From: an uncultured Planctomycetaceae bacterium
Lineage (GTDB): Bacteria > Planctomycetota > Planctomycetia > Isosphaerales > Isosphaeraceae
Assembly: GCA_963833985.1 (NCBI GenBank)
Contig: CAWIAD010000002.1
Location: 4,448,001-4,512,000 of the forward strand
DNA length: 64,000 nt
Direction: 5' to 3'
In this document: positions 39,510 through 51,437 of the stretch, in pieces
Position numbering within the stretch: the stretch's first letter is position 1
Layout of the letters: each line of letters begins with the position of its first letter
Position numbers and translations under genes: made by a program
The notes under the pieces: model-generated
The model's input: the letters and a program-made list of their open reading frames with translations, nothing else
Told to the model about the DNA's origin: nothing
Databases searched by the model: none

Positions 39510-40173
39510 ATGGAGACCAGCAGCCGTGGGGAGAACGATCCTCAGGACGAACAGTCACGGCTCCAGCGCGCTGCGGCGGGCGACCAGGCGGCCTGGGCCG
39601 CGATCCTGGCGCCTCATCAGGATCGCCTGCGGCGCATGGTCGCCCTGCGCCTGGACCACCGGCTCAGAGGGCGGATCGATCCGTCGGACGTGCTCCAGGA
39701 AGCCTTCATCCAGGCGGCGCAGGGACTGCCGAAATACCTGGAACATGCCGAGCGGCCGTTTTTCCTCTGGCTCCGTTTTTTGACCGGGATGTCACTCCAG
39801 GGCCTGCACCGCCGGCACCTGGGGATCCAGGCCCGTGACGCGGGGCGCGAGGTGCAACTGCTGGACCGGCCGTTGCCGGAAGCATCCTCGGCCGCCCTGG
39901 CGGCGCAGCTCCTGGGTCGCGATACCCGCCCCAGCGTGGCCGCGATCCGCGCCGAACGGCAGCGGCGGCTCCAGGAGTCGCTCAATGCCATGGACCCGGT
40001 CGACCGCTAGGTCCTGGTGCTACGTCATTTTGAAGAACTGACCAATGCCGAGGTCGCACGCGAGCCTCGGCCTCCGGGATTCGGCCGCGAGCAAGCGGTA
40101 CATCCGGGCCCTGCGAAAACTCAAGGAGATCCTGGCAACGCTGCCAGGCGGAATCGAGGAATTCCGGCCATGA
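39510..40173 (+). pseudogene. Planctomycete-type ECF sigma-70 factor with premature stop and frameshift
   Basis: RLRGRIDPSDVLQE; DR-TAG(40008-40010)-VLVLRHFEELTNAEVA; extra C near 40065 before LGLRDSAASKRYIRALRKL. Confidence 0.85.
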
Positions 40174-40192
40174 GGCGATGGTCCCGATCTCT

Positions 40193-40256
40193 GTAGGGTG
40201 CGTGCAACGCACCCATCCATCAATAGGAAAATACCGGTGCGTTGCACGCACCCTAC
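40193..40256. repeat. GTAG REP doublet (REPIN/BIME-like)
   Basis: GTAGGGTGCGTGCAACGCACC at 40193 and its perfect reverse complement ending at 40256. Confidence 0.85.
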
Positions 40257-40285
40257 ACGGCTGCCCGGGTAATACAGGAGTTCCG

Positions 40286-43200
40286 ATGAAGAGCGACAGC
40301 ACCGGCTCGGGCCGCGACCCTGTCGAGCAGCTCGCCGAGGAGTTCCAGGCGCGGCTGAGACGCGGCGAGCGGCCAGGCCTGGAAGAGTACGTCGCACGTT
40401 GCCCGGAGCGGGCCGATGATATCCGCGAGCTCTTCCCGCCACTCGTCGAGATGGAGCAGCTCAAGCCTGTCGTCCAGGCACCCGCCAGCACGCCAGAGCC
40501 GCGAGCAGACGAGGATCGTCCAGCCGCTCGCACTCTCCCCTCTCATCCCGAGCGGCTGGGCGACTACCAGATCCTGCGGGTGATCGGCGAGGGAGGCATG
40601 GGGGTCGTCTACGAGGCCGAGCACGAGTCGCTCAAGAACCGCGTGGCGCTGAAAGTCATGCATCCGCGGTTCCGGGCTGACCCGACCTATCTGCGACGGT
40701 TCCACACCGAGGCCCGCTCGGCGGCGCGGCTGCACCATACGAATATCGTACCGGTCTTCGATTACGGCCAACAGGATGGCATCTGCTACTACGCCATGCC
40801 GCTGATCGCCGGGGTCGGCTTGCATCAGGTGCTCGAAGACGTCCGGCACCTCCGCGCCTTGAATGGCCCCATGGACGAGCCAGCCGCCACCGGTCAGGGT
40901 CGACAGTCGGCGACGGAGCCGGTCCCCGAGACCCTCCGCGCCGTCACCGAGGGTCTGCTGACCGGTCGCTTTGCCGCACAGCCTCCCACTCCGACTGGAA
41001 CCGAGCTACCTCCCTCATTGGCAGTGGACACGGGGTCCCGGGATGCGACCGGAGGGAATGAGGCGCCAAAGGCCGTCGTGATCCCGGCTACGTCCGGGTC
41101 CGACAGCCGGACCGAAAGCCACACGATCGCCGGCCAGTCCGAGTCGGTCTATCACAAGGAGATCGCCCGGCTTGCCGGCCAGGTGGCCGACGCCCTCGAC
41201 TACGCCCACCGCCAGGGGGTTGTCCACCGTGATATCAAGCCCTCCAACCTCTTGCTCGACGCCGGGGGCAATGTCTGGGTCACGGATTTCGGTCTGGCGA
41301 AATTCGTGGAGGGGGACGACCTCTCGCAGTCGCACGACCTGGTGGGTACGTTGCGTTTCATGGCTCCCGAGCGGTTCCACGGCGTCACCGACCGCCGGGG
41401 AGACATCTACGCCGTGGGGGCGACGCTCTACGAGATGCTGGCGCTGCGGCCCGCGTTCGCCGAGCGCGACCAGATTCAGCTCATCGACCAGATCACCCAC
41501 CAGCCGCCCGCGCCTCTTCGGCACCTCGACCGCCGGATTCCCCGCGACATGGAAACCATCGTCCAGAAGGCCCTGGCCAAGGAGCCGAAGGACCGGTTCG
41601 CCACCGCCGGCGAGCTGCGCGACGAGCTGCGGCGGTTCCTGGAGAACCGGCCGATCCGCTCGCGCCCGGTCGGACCCGCCGAACAGTTCTCGCGGTGGTG
41701 CAAGCGCAACCCCGGCCTGGCCGCCGCCAACATCGCGGCCGCCGTCCTGACGACGCTCCTGGCCATTGGCTCGACCATCGCGGCGTGGATCTATCGCGAC
41801 CAGGCACACAGGCTGGACATCGAGCAGGGCCTGACAAAGGAGAGCCTGTTCCGGACCGAGGATGCCGAGCACAAGGCGCGGCTCGCACTGGGCCAGTCGC
41901 TGGTCTCCGAGGGAGCGGCCCTCCAGCGCACGGGGCTGATCGGCCACCGGTTCGACAGCCTGGACCGGCTCGGCAGGGCCGCGCAGGTCCTTGGCGCCGA
42001 CCCCGAGGGCCGGAAGCGCCTGCCAGAGATCCGCAATCATGCCATCGCGGCGCTAGGTCTTACTGACCTCCGCGTGCACAGGGAACACGACTACGGCGGC
42101 GGCGGCATCGGCGTGGATGCTGCCCTGGAGCGGTACGCACTATCCGAATTGTCCGGCGAAATCGTCGTCCACCGGCTGGACGACGATCGCGAGCTGGTCC
42201 GCCTGCCGTCGCCGGACCAGCGGGATTCACGGTCGGACTGGCCTGTCTTCAGCCCGGATGGCGAGTGGCTGGTTGGAGGATCCTTCGGACTGCTACGGAT
42301 ATGGCACCTGGGACGCCGGGAGCTGCTCGGGAGCGTGCCGACTGGAGGAGGCCTGGCATTCCACCCCGATAGACGCCGCCTGCTGTTCAAAGCGCCGGAA
42401 GGGGGCATTGGTGTCTGGGACCTTGTAGAGCGCCGGGTGGTCCGGCGGCTGACGTTGGACTTCGCGCCGAATAGCCTGGCACTCGATCCCGAGGGCCGGC
42501 GGCTCGCCGTCAACAACGCCTACCCGTCAGCGCCACGGGTCGCGATCCTCGATGTCGAAACCGGCCGCGTGCTCTCCGACTGGAGGTCGCAGGTCGGCAA
42601 CGGAGCCATGGCCTGGAGCGCGGATGGACAGTTGCTGGCCGTCGGCGGTGGAGGTGACGACCCCCGCCTTTACGTCTGGAACGTCCGCCGCGGGGCGCTG
42701 GCGTCGGTCCTTCAGGGGCATACCTCCCAAATCGTCGGCGCCCAGTTCGCGCACTCGGGCTACCTGCTAGCGACCGGAAGCTGGGATGGGACGAACCGTC
42801 TGTGGGACGCGGCCGCTGGGGAGCCGCTGGCGATCTTGCCGGTTGGGTTTGTGGGTTTCTCACCGGATGACGAACGGGCGGCTTTCGCTATGGGCGGGAA
42901 GGTCTGCGTCTATGACGTGGCCACAGCCGCGGAGTGCCGAACGCTCCACCCGGGCATGCTCGGCAACCGCTCCGAGGCGCGGGACGCGACCGGGGTGATC
43001 GCGGCGGATGTGAGCACCGACGGCCTGTTGGTGGCGACCTGTGACGGGGATGGCGTCCGCCTGTGGGAGTCCGACACGGGCCGCGAGCAGGCCCATCTCA
43101 AGGCAGGTTCTTGCGAGACCGAGCTGTTTCACCCTGACGGGAAAAGCCTCATCAGCTCCGGATTCTGGGGATTGTATCGCTGGCCGATCAGACCCGATCC

Positions 43201-45074
43201 GGAGGGCGGGCCAGAAGGAATCCGCGTCGGCCCGCCCGAACTACTGCGGGAATCCGCGGGCATCCAGTGGAGCAAAGTGACCTGGATGCCAGATCACCGG
43301 ACTCTAGCTTTGATCGACAACGCCAATGCCCGGGTCCTCCTCGTCGATTCGAGCCGTCCCCACTCGGCCCGGAGCAGAGCCATAGCCCTCGACAGCGGCG
43401 GAAATCGCCGCATGACCACGGTCGCCGTCAGCCCGGATGGCCGTTGGATGGCAGTCGGCGGCTGGTACGAGGCCGGGGTCCGGGTCTGGGACGTGCGCCA
43501 GCGCCGGCTCGAAAGCGTCTTGAGACCGAAGGACGCCATCAGCGACACCAAGTTCTTCATCGGCTTCAGCCCCGACGGCCGCTGGCTCATTTCGTCCACA
43601 TTCCTCGATGCGGGCACGCAGTTTTACCAGTTCTGGCACGTGGGCACATGGGAGCCTGGTCTTCGAATCGACCTGAAGCACAACGTGACCGCCGCGCGTT
43701 CTCCCGCATTCACGGCCGACGGTCGGCTCATGGCCCTGGCCATTGCGCCCGACCAGGTGCTGCTGGCCGACGCCGCCACGGGACGAGAGCTTGCACGGCT
43801 GACCACGTTGCAACTGCTGAATCCGGCACCTCTCGTCTTCAGCCCCGATGGCACGAAGCTGGTTGCCAGCACCAACCAGAAAACAGCGCTGGTGTGGGAC
43901 CTGCGGCGAATCCGGGACCAGCTTGTCCCGATGGGTCTGGACTGGGACGCGCCGCCGTATCCGCCCGCAACGGATTCGAGCACCACCACCGGTCCGCTGC
44001 CGCCGCCCAGGCCCGTACGGGTCGTTGGCGAAGTCATCGAGCCCCAGGCTCGGCGCCGCCGAACTGGTCGAGATGAAGCGCCGGCTTACCGTCAAGGCAG
44101 ACGATGCCGAGGCCCTGATCCAGCGCGGCTGGCTGTTCACCCTCCAGAAGAAGTGGCCCGAGGCCATCGCCGACCTGGAGCGCGGCCTGAATCTTCATCC
44201 CGACGACACCGACGCCCTGTTCCTGCTGGCCGAGGCCCAGAGCCAGGCGAACAACCCGCAGGCGGCGCGGGCAACCCTGGAAAAGTACCTGGCGCGAGCC
44301 CCCGACGATGCCGACGCCCGCGCCATGAAAGGTCAGATGGCACTCCGGCTCGGCAAGCTCCAGGAGGCGGTCGACGATTTCACCAAGGTGCTCGACGCTG
44401 ACCCCGAGGGGCGAAATCCAATCCGCTTCCGCCGCGCGCAGATCCTGAACCGCATGGGCAAATTCCAGGACGCCCTGGCGGACCTCGACTTTCTGATCAG
44501 GCACCATCCCTGGGACCCGAACCTCTACGAGCTGCGCAGCCAGGTGCACCATCGCCTGGGCCACCGGGAGCTGGCCAAGGCCGACATGAAGCAGGCTGCG
44601 GAATCCCCGCAGGCCGGCGCTGAGCATTACAACAACCTGGCGTGGCGGCTGGCCACCGGCCCGGCCGCCCTGCGCGATCCCGAGCAAGCGCTGGTATTGG
44701 CCCGGAAAGCGGTCGCGCTGTCGGCCGGAACCGCCATCTGCCTCAACACGCTGGGCGTTGCCCAGTACCGTGCGGGCCAGTATGCCGAGGCGATCGCCAC
44801 CCTGGAGCAAAGCCTCGCCGCCGGCAAGGGCGAGTCCGACGGCTTCGACCTGTTCTTCCTGGCCATGGCTCGCTACAAGCTGGGCCAACTTGGCCGGGCC
44901 AGGGCCGACCTCGACCGCGCCCTCCGCTGGCGGCGCGACCGTCCTAACCTGCCGGGCCAGTGGTCCGAGGAGCTGAACCTGTTCCAGGCCGAGGCCGAGG
45001 CTCTCCTGGGCATCCGCCTGCTGCCGCTGCCGGCAGACCTGTTCGTGCCCGATAAACCCGGCCGGCTGCCCTGA
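40286..45074 (+). CDS. Ser/Thr protein kinase with WD40 repeats and C-terminal TPRs, frameshifted near 44050
   Basis: GEGGMGVVY, VALK, HRDIKPSN, DFGLA, GTLRFMAPE; FSPDG WD40 repeats; TPRs (NNLAWRLAT, NTLGVAQYRAG) in ORF 43848-45074; RBS AGGAG. Confidence 0.9.
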
Positions 45075-45343
45075 AAGGTCGACTGGTTCCTACATTGGCA
45101 TTTGGACACGCGGCGGGCCGGCGGGCATAAGGCAGTGCTACACCCCGGTGGCAAGTTAATCATCCCCGCTAAGGATACAAAATTTATTAAGTCGAGGAGG
45201 CCCAAGTCCCCCTTGAACTTGTCGTCAGTGACCGGTGCCATGTCAGAATCCCCACTTGCTTTGATCCGGCCACGCTGTGACCGGGCACGCCGCGACTGCG
45301 GATGCGATAGGGCTGCACTCCGGCGCGCGTCGGTCGGATCGAC

Positions 45344-47185
45344 GAATGGCACTAGCTTAAGGCCGTAGCGGCCTGTCAGAAACGCCGTGCGGGGCGGACA
45401 AGGTATACGGCTACTTGCCGTGCACAGCCGCCGTCAGGCGCCAGCGATTGACAGAGACTCGTTCTTGAGCCCCTTGCCGGTACCTGGGCAGGTGCCTCAC
45501 CTCGCAGATGGCCTCCTTCGGTCGTGCGCTTAACCGGTCAGCGCGGTGCCGCTCCCGCCACACGCCCTTGCGGCGCGGCCCGCTTTCAGCCAAAGGGAAT
45601 GTCCCACAACCTCACCGCTTGCTAGTACCATTTCGCGCGATTGTGCGCCAGTTTGGCCTCGGCTCGGGTCTGGTTCAGGCGAGCCCCATGCCTCGGCCGT
45701 CGTTTCGTCGCCCGCGGCTCCCATCGTCCCGGACGGTTGCCGACGCGGTGGTAAGCGATCACCGCCAGCATCGCGTCGATCAGCGCGGGGCGATCCTTCG
45801 GCCGGGCCGCTTCGATCTTCGGAGCGAACGCCGTCACCGCCTGCTTGGCCCCCTTGAAGCTCACCTGCCGGGGCTCGATCCCGTTCGCCCCGGCGGCCAC
45901 CGCCATCGCCGTGCGGAGCAGGTTGTACGCCAACAGATGGGCCCAGATCTCCTTGTGCACCATCTCCGGCGTCTTGCACCGCAGGAACTCCATCTGCATC
46001 ACCGATTTGATCGATCTTATATCGATCTCTCCATCCCACCTCCGCTCATACAGGTCGCCGAGTTGTCCGCCGTCGATCGACGCGTCGAGGATCGTGGTGA
46101 CGACCTTGAAGCGCTCGGCTCGGTTGTCCTTGTCGCGGGCATCGACGGCCACCTGCCGCATCAGCAGGGTCTTCGGGTAGCGGCGATACTCCTCCCCTGT
46201 CATCCCGCGCGGCTTGTTAGGCCTTCGCCAGAGGATGACGTCGCCGTCGGGCCGGCTCTCCACCGTCCGGCTCCCAACGCGCTCCGCCTGTACACGGGCG
46301 ACCAGCTCGACGCCGAGCCACCGCAATTCGCATGCGAGGAAGTAGTTGTCGAACAGAGCGTCCGCCAGAACCACGTCGCCAGGGGAAAGCGACTCGTACA
46401 TCCGCCGCAGCAGTGTGGTCTCGCCAGTCCCCTTTCCCGCGTACGGGGCGATGGCCAGGTCGTGGCAAGCGCCGGTCGCCAGCGAGAGGAGTACGGTGAC
46501 TCGGGCCAGGGGAAAACCAATCCCCGGCTGCTGGACCACCGGCTGCGGGTACACCTCGCGGTTCTCCGGCGTGTCAGGCATCCAGATGCCCGACCCGTCG
46601 ACGATGAATACATTCCGCCCGATCCACTTCCACTGCTCCTCGGCTGCGGTCTGTAACTCCTCGGCGGTCCGCCGTGCCAGGGTGCGCAGGACGTCGGTGA
46701 CGATGCGGCCCCGGGCGTTGCAGTAGCTGGCCGTGTTTGGTGAACACGTTCCCAGCCCGCTGGCCGCCCGGTGGGCAATAATGTGCGAAACTGCGTTGCT
46801 GCAGCTTTGGTCGTCGTTGAGCACCTGGGAGAGAAAGCCCCAGATGGTGGTGACGGGGGTGAACACTCGGTCTCGATACTTGATGCCATGCTCATTGAGA
46901 GCGTTGAGGATGTTCTGTTCGCTCAAGGAGCCGGCGAAAGGCAGTCCATGGTCGCGCGCAAAGCGAGCGCGAACCTCCTGCAGGGTGATCATGGGAGGTC
47001 TCCTATGTCTCGAATGGAAATGGTGCGGCCCAGGAATCGCTGCCGTGGAGCCTAGTCCAAACAGCAACTCACTCGAGCGGGAAGTACCTCCCACTTCCAT
47101 TATACCTGGCAAGATTCAGCCAGGTTACTCATCCGCAATTTCACCAGGGGACCTGCCTTCACTTGTCCTTAAGCTAGTGCCATTC
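45344..47185 (-). mobile_element. IS4-family insertion sequence (1842 bp)
   Basis: Perfect 19-bp TIR GAATGGCACTAGCTTAAGG; 11-bp TSD GTCGGATCGAC at 45333-45343 and 47186-47196. Confidence 0.92.
45622..46992 (-). CDS. IS4 family transposase
   Basis: IVDGS, LADALF, YERRWDGEIDIRSIK (YREK signature). Confidence 0.93.
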   Translation of the reverse strand: MITLQEVRARFARDHGLPFAGSLSEQNILNALNEHGIKYRDRVFTPVTTIWGFLSQVLNDDQSCSNAVSHIIAHRAASGLGTCSPNTASYCNARGRIVTDVLRTLARRTAEELQTAAEEQWKWIGRNVFIVDGSGIWMPDTPENREVYPQPVVQQPGIGFPLARVTVLLSLATGACHDLAIAPYAGKGTGETTLLRRMYESLSPGDVVLADALFDNYFLACELRWLGVELVARVQAERVGSRTVESRPDGDVILWRRPNKPRGMTGEEYRRYPKTLLMRQVAVDARDKDNRAERFKVVTTILDASIDGGQLGDLYERRWDGEIDIRSIKSVMQMEFLRCKTPEMVHKEIWAHLLAYNLLRTAMAVAAGANGIEPRQVSFKGAKQAVTAFAPKIEAARPKDRPALIDAMLAVIAYHRVGNRPGRWEPRATKRRPRHGARLNQTRAEAKLAHNRAKWY

Positions 47186-47210
47186 GTCGGATCGACCGAC
47201 GCATCCAGAG

Positions 47211-47552
47211 AGTAATGCCGAGTTCGGCGCACAGATCGCCGATCCTGGTTTCGGGTTGGTTCATGGAAGCCACGGCCAGGCGCAGCTGGGGGGGCATCTT
47301 ATAGGGCCTTCCACCATTGCGGCCACGGGCGCGGGCGGCGGCCATGCCCGCTTTGGTCCGCTCGATGATTAGCTCCCGCTCGAATTCGGCCAGGGCGGCA
47401 GAGATGCCGAAGACCAGCTTACCGCCCGGAAATGTGGTGTCGGTGCTGGCGCCGTGCCCGGTCAGCACCTTGAAGCCAATGCCACGTGCTGTGAGGTCAT
47501 GCACCGTGTTGACCAGGTGCCGCAGATCGCGGCCAAGCCGGTCCAGCTTCCC
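47211..47552 (-). pseudogene. Serine resolvase/invertase fragment
   Basis: KLDRLGRDL..AALAEFERELIIERTKAGMAAARARGRNGGRP; N-terminal catalytic RVS and the end of the HTH are missing. Confidence 0.85.
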
Positions 47553-47567
47553 AACGAAACAGATCGT

Positions 47568-47788
47568 GCCCTCAAAGAGCGATTGCTCAACCTTCTGGCT
47601 CAAGGCCAGGAGCTTACGCGAGCGAGGCTGCGCGATTGACTGGCGGTCAAAACGAGCGACCAGGCGAAGTGCTGGAGTCGCTCGAGCAAACTGGCCAACT
47701 TGGCCGCACGCCGAGAGGTTGGCAGCGTCTCTGCTGACCAAGAGAGCAGGACCCGTTCCTTTCCCCTTATGAGAAGGGGAACGGAACG
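47568..47788 (+). pseudogene. Possible C-terminal remnant of a mobile-element protein, followed by a hairpin
   Basis: ALKERLLNLLAQGQELTRARLRD*..LESLEQTGQL..GW wHTH-like tail; hairpin CGTTCCTTTCCCCTT-ATGAG-AAGGGGAACGGAACG at 47754-47788. Confidence 0.35.
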
Positions 47789-47903
47789 GTCCTTGAGCAG
47801 TGAGCCGAGCTGTCGCTGCGCATCGATTATCTTGATCGAAACGTTATCAATTATCGTAACCACCCTCAGAAGTCTTTGGACAGGATTGCCGTTGGCTTGG
47901 CCG

Positions 47904-48107
47904 GGGCTGAGAGCCCTGCCTGGCCGCTCTCCTCGTGGGGTACGATTCCAATCGTGACATCCCATTCTCGTGGGGTACGATTCCAATCGTGCCATGCCTG
48001 GTCCATCAGATCGAAGAAGTGATACGATCGGTATCGTGTCCCACGAGGTGATCGAAGAAGTAACACGATTTGAAACGTGTCCCACGAGGTGATCGAAGAA
48101 GTGACGG
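47904..48107. repeat. GTGG-type REP cluster, copy 1
   Basis: Leader GGGCTGAGAGCCCTGCCTGGCCGCTCTCCT, 2x GTGGGGTACGATTCCAATCGTG, inverted ACGAT..CGTGTCCCAC units. Confidence 0.85.
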
Positions 48108-48196
48108 GTCGTGGACCCGAACCGGTCGCGGCGTTGCGGCTGCGAGACGAGGGAGTGCAACGGAGAACGGAGAACCGCGAACCGGGGCTCAGGACG

Positions 48197-48340
48197 AGAA
48201 GCTATCCAGTCAGAACCAGAGTCGCCGATGCGGAAATGGCCAGCGTGCGGCTCAATCCACACAGGTTCCGCGGCGATTGGAACGGCACGATCATCCTGCT
48301 GCGATCCGGAACCCACACAGGTTCTTTCCCCGCGCGGCGT
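48197..48340 (+). pseudogene. ISAzo13-family transposase C-terminal remnant
   Basis: YPVRTRVADAEMASVRLNPHRFRGDWNGTI resembles the ISAzo13 C-terminus (Y.TG.KV.D.EM....FHGDWNYTI). Confidence 0.6.
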
Positions 48341-48440
48341 GATCCGCGCACTCGCCCACGGCGCGGTATTTGCTTTTGGATAAAATCGATAAAATCTGCC
48401 CTGGCTGAACAGGCGATGGCACCGAACGACAGGACGAGAG

Positions 48441-49911
48441 ATGTCCGGGTTTTCCGGGAAGCTTCAGATTCCGCTGGGGGTCCAGGTGGGCGTGGTTGCC
48501 GCGTTGTTCGTGGCGTCGCTGGTGACGCTCGTCGCCACGGGCGCAGCGGTGTTCGCCCGCGAGCGCCGGCGAATGGAGGCAAGGAAGCTGCTGGCACTGG
48601 CCGGCGATCGACTGGCCGAGCGGGGAGCGCCGATCATCGCCCGCATCGGCCAGTTCCCCGAGTTTCCGGAGGAATCCTCGCGCGCCCGCATCGCGCGAGC
48701 TGTCGCTGGAGGCGGCACAGGCCCTGGCGGGTCACGACGACCTGGAGGGAGGCTACTTCGTCGAGAGCTTCCGGAGTTTCCTGGGAACCGCGCCTGTCCC
48801 GAAAGAGCCCGCACTCGCGGTGCAGAGCCCTGTGAAGACCCGGTCCGGCAGTGTCGTTCCCCCCTGGGACTCGTCGCGCTTGCCCCCGCTCGAGGCCGAC
48901 CTGATCGACATCCAGGTCGACGCCGCGATTCGCAAGGGACAGGTGCTTTTCTCCGTCGAGGAGCTCGACGACCGGAGCCCGGTGACGGTGGGCATTCGCA
49001 CGGCGCCGCTCATGTCCGGAACCCGGTGTATCGGGGCCACCTGGGTGATCACGCGGCTGGTGGATCCGCTCTTCGTCGATGCCTCGCTCCAGGGCTATCG
49101 TCTGGCAGCCGGCCTGGCACTGGGCGGAATGGCCCTGGCTCTGGGGCTCACCGCGGGGCTGGCCCGGACCGTCCGCCGCCAGGCGAGCGAGCGCGAACGC
49201 CTCCAGTTTGAGCTGCGGCGCAGCGAGCGACTGGCGGCCCTGGGCAAGCTGCTGGCCGGCGTGGCGCACGAGGTCCGCAATCCCCTGGCCGGCATTCGCT
49301 CGACCGCTCAGCTCTGGCAGCGCGGGGTGATGGGACTGGACGCCGAATCCCTGGATGGGCTCGTCCATGAAGTCGATCGCCTCGAGGAGATCGTCTCGCG
49401 GCTGCTCCAGTTCTCACGGGCCGACGCTCAGGACCTGGCCGCGGGAGACCTGGGCGCGGTGGCCGCCGAGGCGGCCCGGCTGGCAGTCATCGCGGGGGCG
49501 GAGCGGGGAATCCGCGTGGAGACGCAGCTCGTACCCGACCTGCCGCCGGTGGCGATGTCTCCCCAGGCGCTCTTGCAGGTCTTTCGCAACCTCACCTCCA
49601 ACGCCATCCAGGCCATGGCGCCCGGCGGGGTCCTCCGGCTCATGACACGCTACGATCCGGCCCGGCGGTCGGTCTGTGCCGTCGTGGCCGACACCGGGCC
49701 GGGCCTGGACGCGGAGGTCCTGGGCCACCTCTTCGAGCCCTTCTACACCACCAGGCCCGAAGGCACCGGCCTGGGCCTGGCCATCGCGCGGGAGATCGCC
49801 CTGGCGCACCGGGGCGAGCTGCTGGCCGCGAACCGGTCCGATGGCCCGGGTGCCTTGTTCACGCTGGTGATCCCCGCAATCTCCGCCAGCGACGATGGAG
49901 ACACGCGATGA
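48441..49911 (+). CDS. Sensor histidine kinase, frameshifted near 48685
   Basis: Two TMs; [12 protein letters not shown]-box, [27 protein letters not shown]. Confidence 0.9.
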
Positions 49912-51329
49912 GCGACTTGCCCGCCACGACTGCCGGGAAGCCGGCCGCCACGGTGCTGGTGGCCGATGACGATGCGACCATTCGTCGCAACCTGGTGCGC
50001 CTGCTGAGGTCCGAGGGCTACGAGACCTTCGAGGCCGGCACCGGCGCGGAGGCCCTGGCGCAGGTTCATGCCGGCGCCCCGGACGCCGTCCTGCTGGATC
50101 TGAAAATGCCCGGCCGCGACGGTCTGGCGGTCCTCGCGGAGCTGGGACCGCAGCTCGCGGAACTGCCGGTGATCGTGATCACGGCCCTGAGCGGCTCGGG
50201 AGCCGCCATCGAGGCGATGCGCCGGGGCGCTTACGATTACCTCAGCAAGCCCTTTGATCTCGACGAGGTGCTGCTCACGCTCCAGCGTGCCTTGAAGCAG
50301 CGCGCCCTGGCCGTGGAGGTGAGGGCCCTGCGCGAGCAGAACGCACGGGCGAACGCCGGAACCGAGGAGGAGGACAACGAGGATCCCGAGATGATCGGCC
50401 AGTCCGCGGCCATGCGCGAGGTCTTCAAGTCGATCGGCCTGGCCGCGGCCACTGAGGCCCCGGTGCTCATCGTCGGCGAGAGCGGAACTGGCAAGGAGCT
50501 CGTCGCCACCGCGGTCCACCGGCACTCGCCGCGCGGCACAGGACCGCTCGTCCGCGTCAATTGCGGGGCACTCCCCGAAGGCCTGGTGGAGAGCGAGCTC
50601 TTCGGCCACGAGAAAGGCGCATTCACCGGGGCCGACCGCCGCAAGCCGGGCCGCTTCGAGCGCGCGGCCGGCGGCACCGTCTTCCTCGACGAGATCGGCG
50701 AACTGCCGCTGCCGGCCCAGGCCAAGATCCTCCGCGTCTTGCAGCAGCGCGAGTTCGAGCGCGTCGGCGGCACCGAAACGCTGCGCAGCAACACGCGGAT
50801 CATCTCCGCCACCCACCGCGACCTGGCGCAGGAGGTGGCCTCGGGCCGGTTCCGGGAAGACCTCTTCTACCGGCTCAACGTCGTGCGCATCGTCATTCCG
50901 CCCTTGCGCGACCGGCCCGAGGATATCCGTCCCCTGGCCGAGAACATCCTCCGCCGGCTTGAGCGGAGGCACGGCTGGCGCGCGCTGGCCCTCTCGCCCC
51001 AGGCGCTCCAGGCTGTGATGGAGCGCGCCTGGCCGGGCAATGTCCGCCAGCTCGAGAACGCGCTGGCACGGGCGGCGATCGCCGCGCGCGGCCGGGCCAT
51101 CCTCCCCGAACATCTGGATGCCGAATCGCCGGGCGGCCAGGCCCCACCCGGCGCCGAGGAGGGTTCGGATCCCGTGCCCCTGCGCGCCTTGCTCGCCGAC
51201 GTGGAACGGCGTGCCATCGAGCGCACCTTGCAAGCGTGCAAGGGGAACCGGACGCGTACCGCCGAGCGCCTGGGCATCAGCAGACGCCAGCTCTTCGACA
51301 AGATCCGCGAGTACGACCTTCCCACCTGA
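49908..51329 (+). CDS. Sigma54-dependent (NtrC-family) response regulator
   Basis: REC (DLKMP), [40 protein letters not shown], Fis-type HTH. Confidence 0.95.
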   Translation: MSDLPATTAGKPAATVLVADDDATIRRNLVRLLRSEGYETFEAGTGAEALAQVHAGAPDAVLLDLKMPGRDGLAVLAELGPQLAELPVIVITALSGSGAAIEAMRRGAYDYLSKPFDLDEVLLTLQRALKQRALAVEVRALREQNARANAGTEEEDNEDPEMIGQSAAMREVFKSIGLAAATEAPVLIVGESGTGKELVATAVHRHSPRGTGPLVRVNCGALPEGLVESELFGHEKGAFTGADRRKPGRFERAAGGTVFLDEIGELPLPAQAKILRVLQQREFERVGGTETLRSNTRIISATHRDLAQEVASGRFREDLFYRLNVVRIVIPPLRDRPEDIRPLAENILRRLERRHGWRALALSPQALQAVMERAWPGNVRQLENALARAAIAARGRAILPEHLDAESPGGQAPPGAEEGSDPVPLRALLADVERRAIERTLQACKGNRTRTAERLGISRRQLFDKIREYDLPT

Positions 51330-51437
51330 GACGGCGCTGCCATCAGCCAGGGTCGAGCCCCACGCCCCGGCCTCTGGTTCAAGAGGGTTCGCGGCCGGTG
51401 GCCTGCCAGGGGCGGCATGCGTGAAAGGTTGTTTATT

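Noticed and set aside
40008..40010. Pyrrolysine or readthrough TAG in the ECF sigma
   Set aside because: The position is a conserved Glu (GAG->TAG), a frameshift follows, and no pyl genes are seen.
47169..47741. Intact resolvase acting on the nearby repeats
   Set aside because: The catalytic N-terminus is absent and the C-terminal HTH is truncated.
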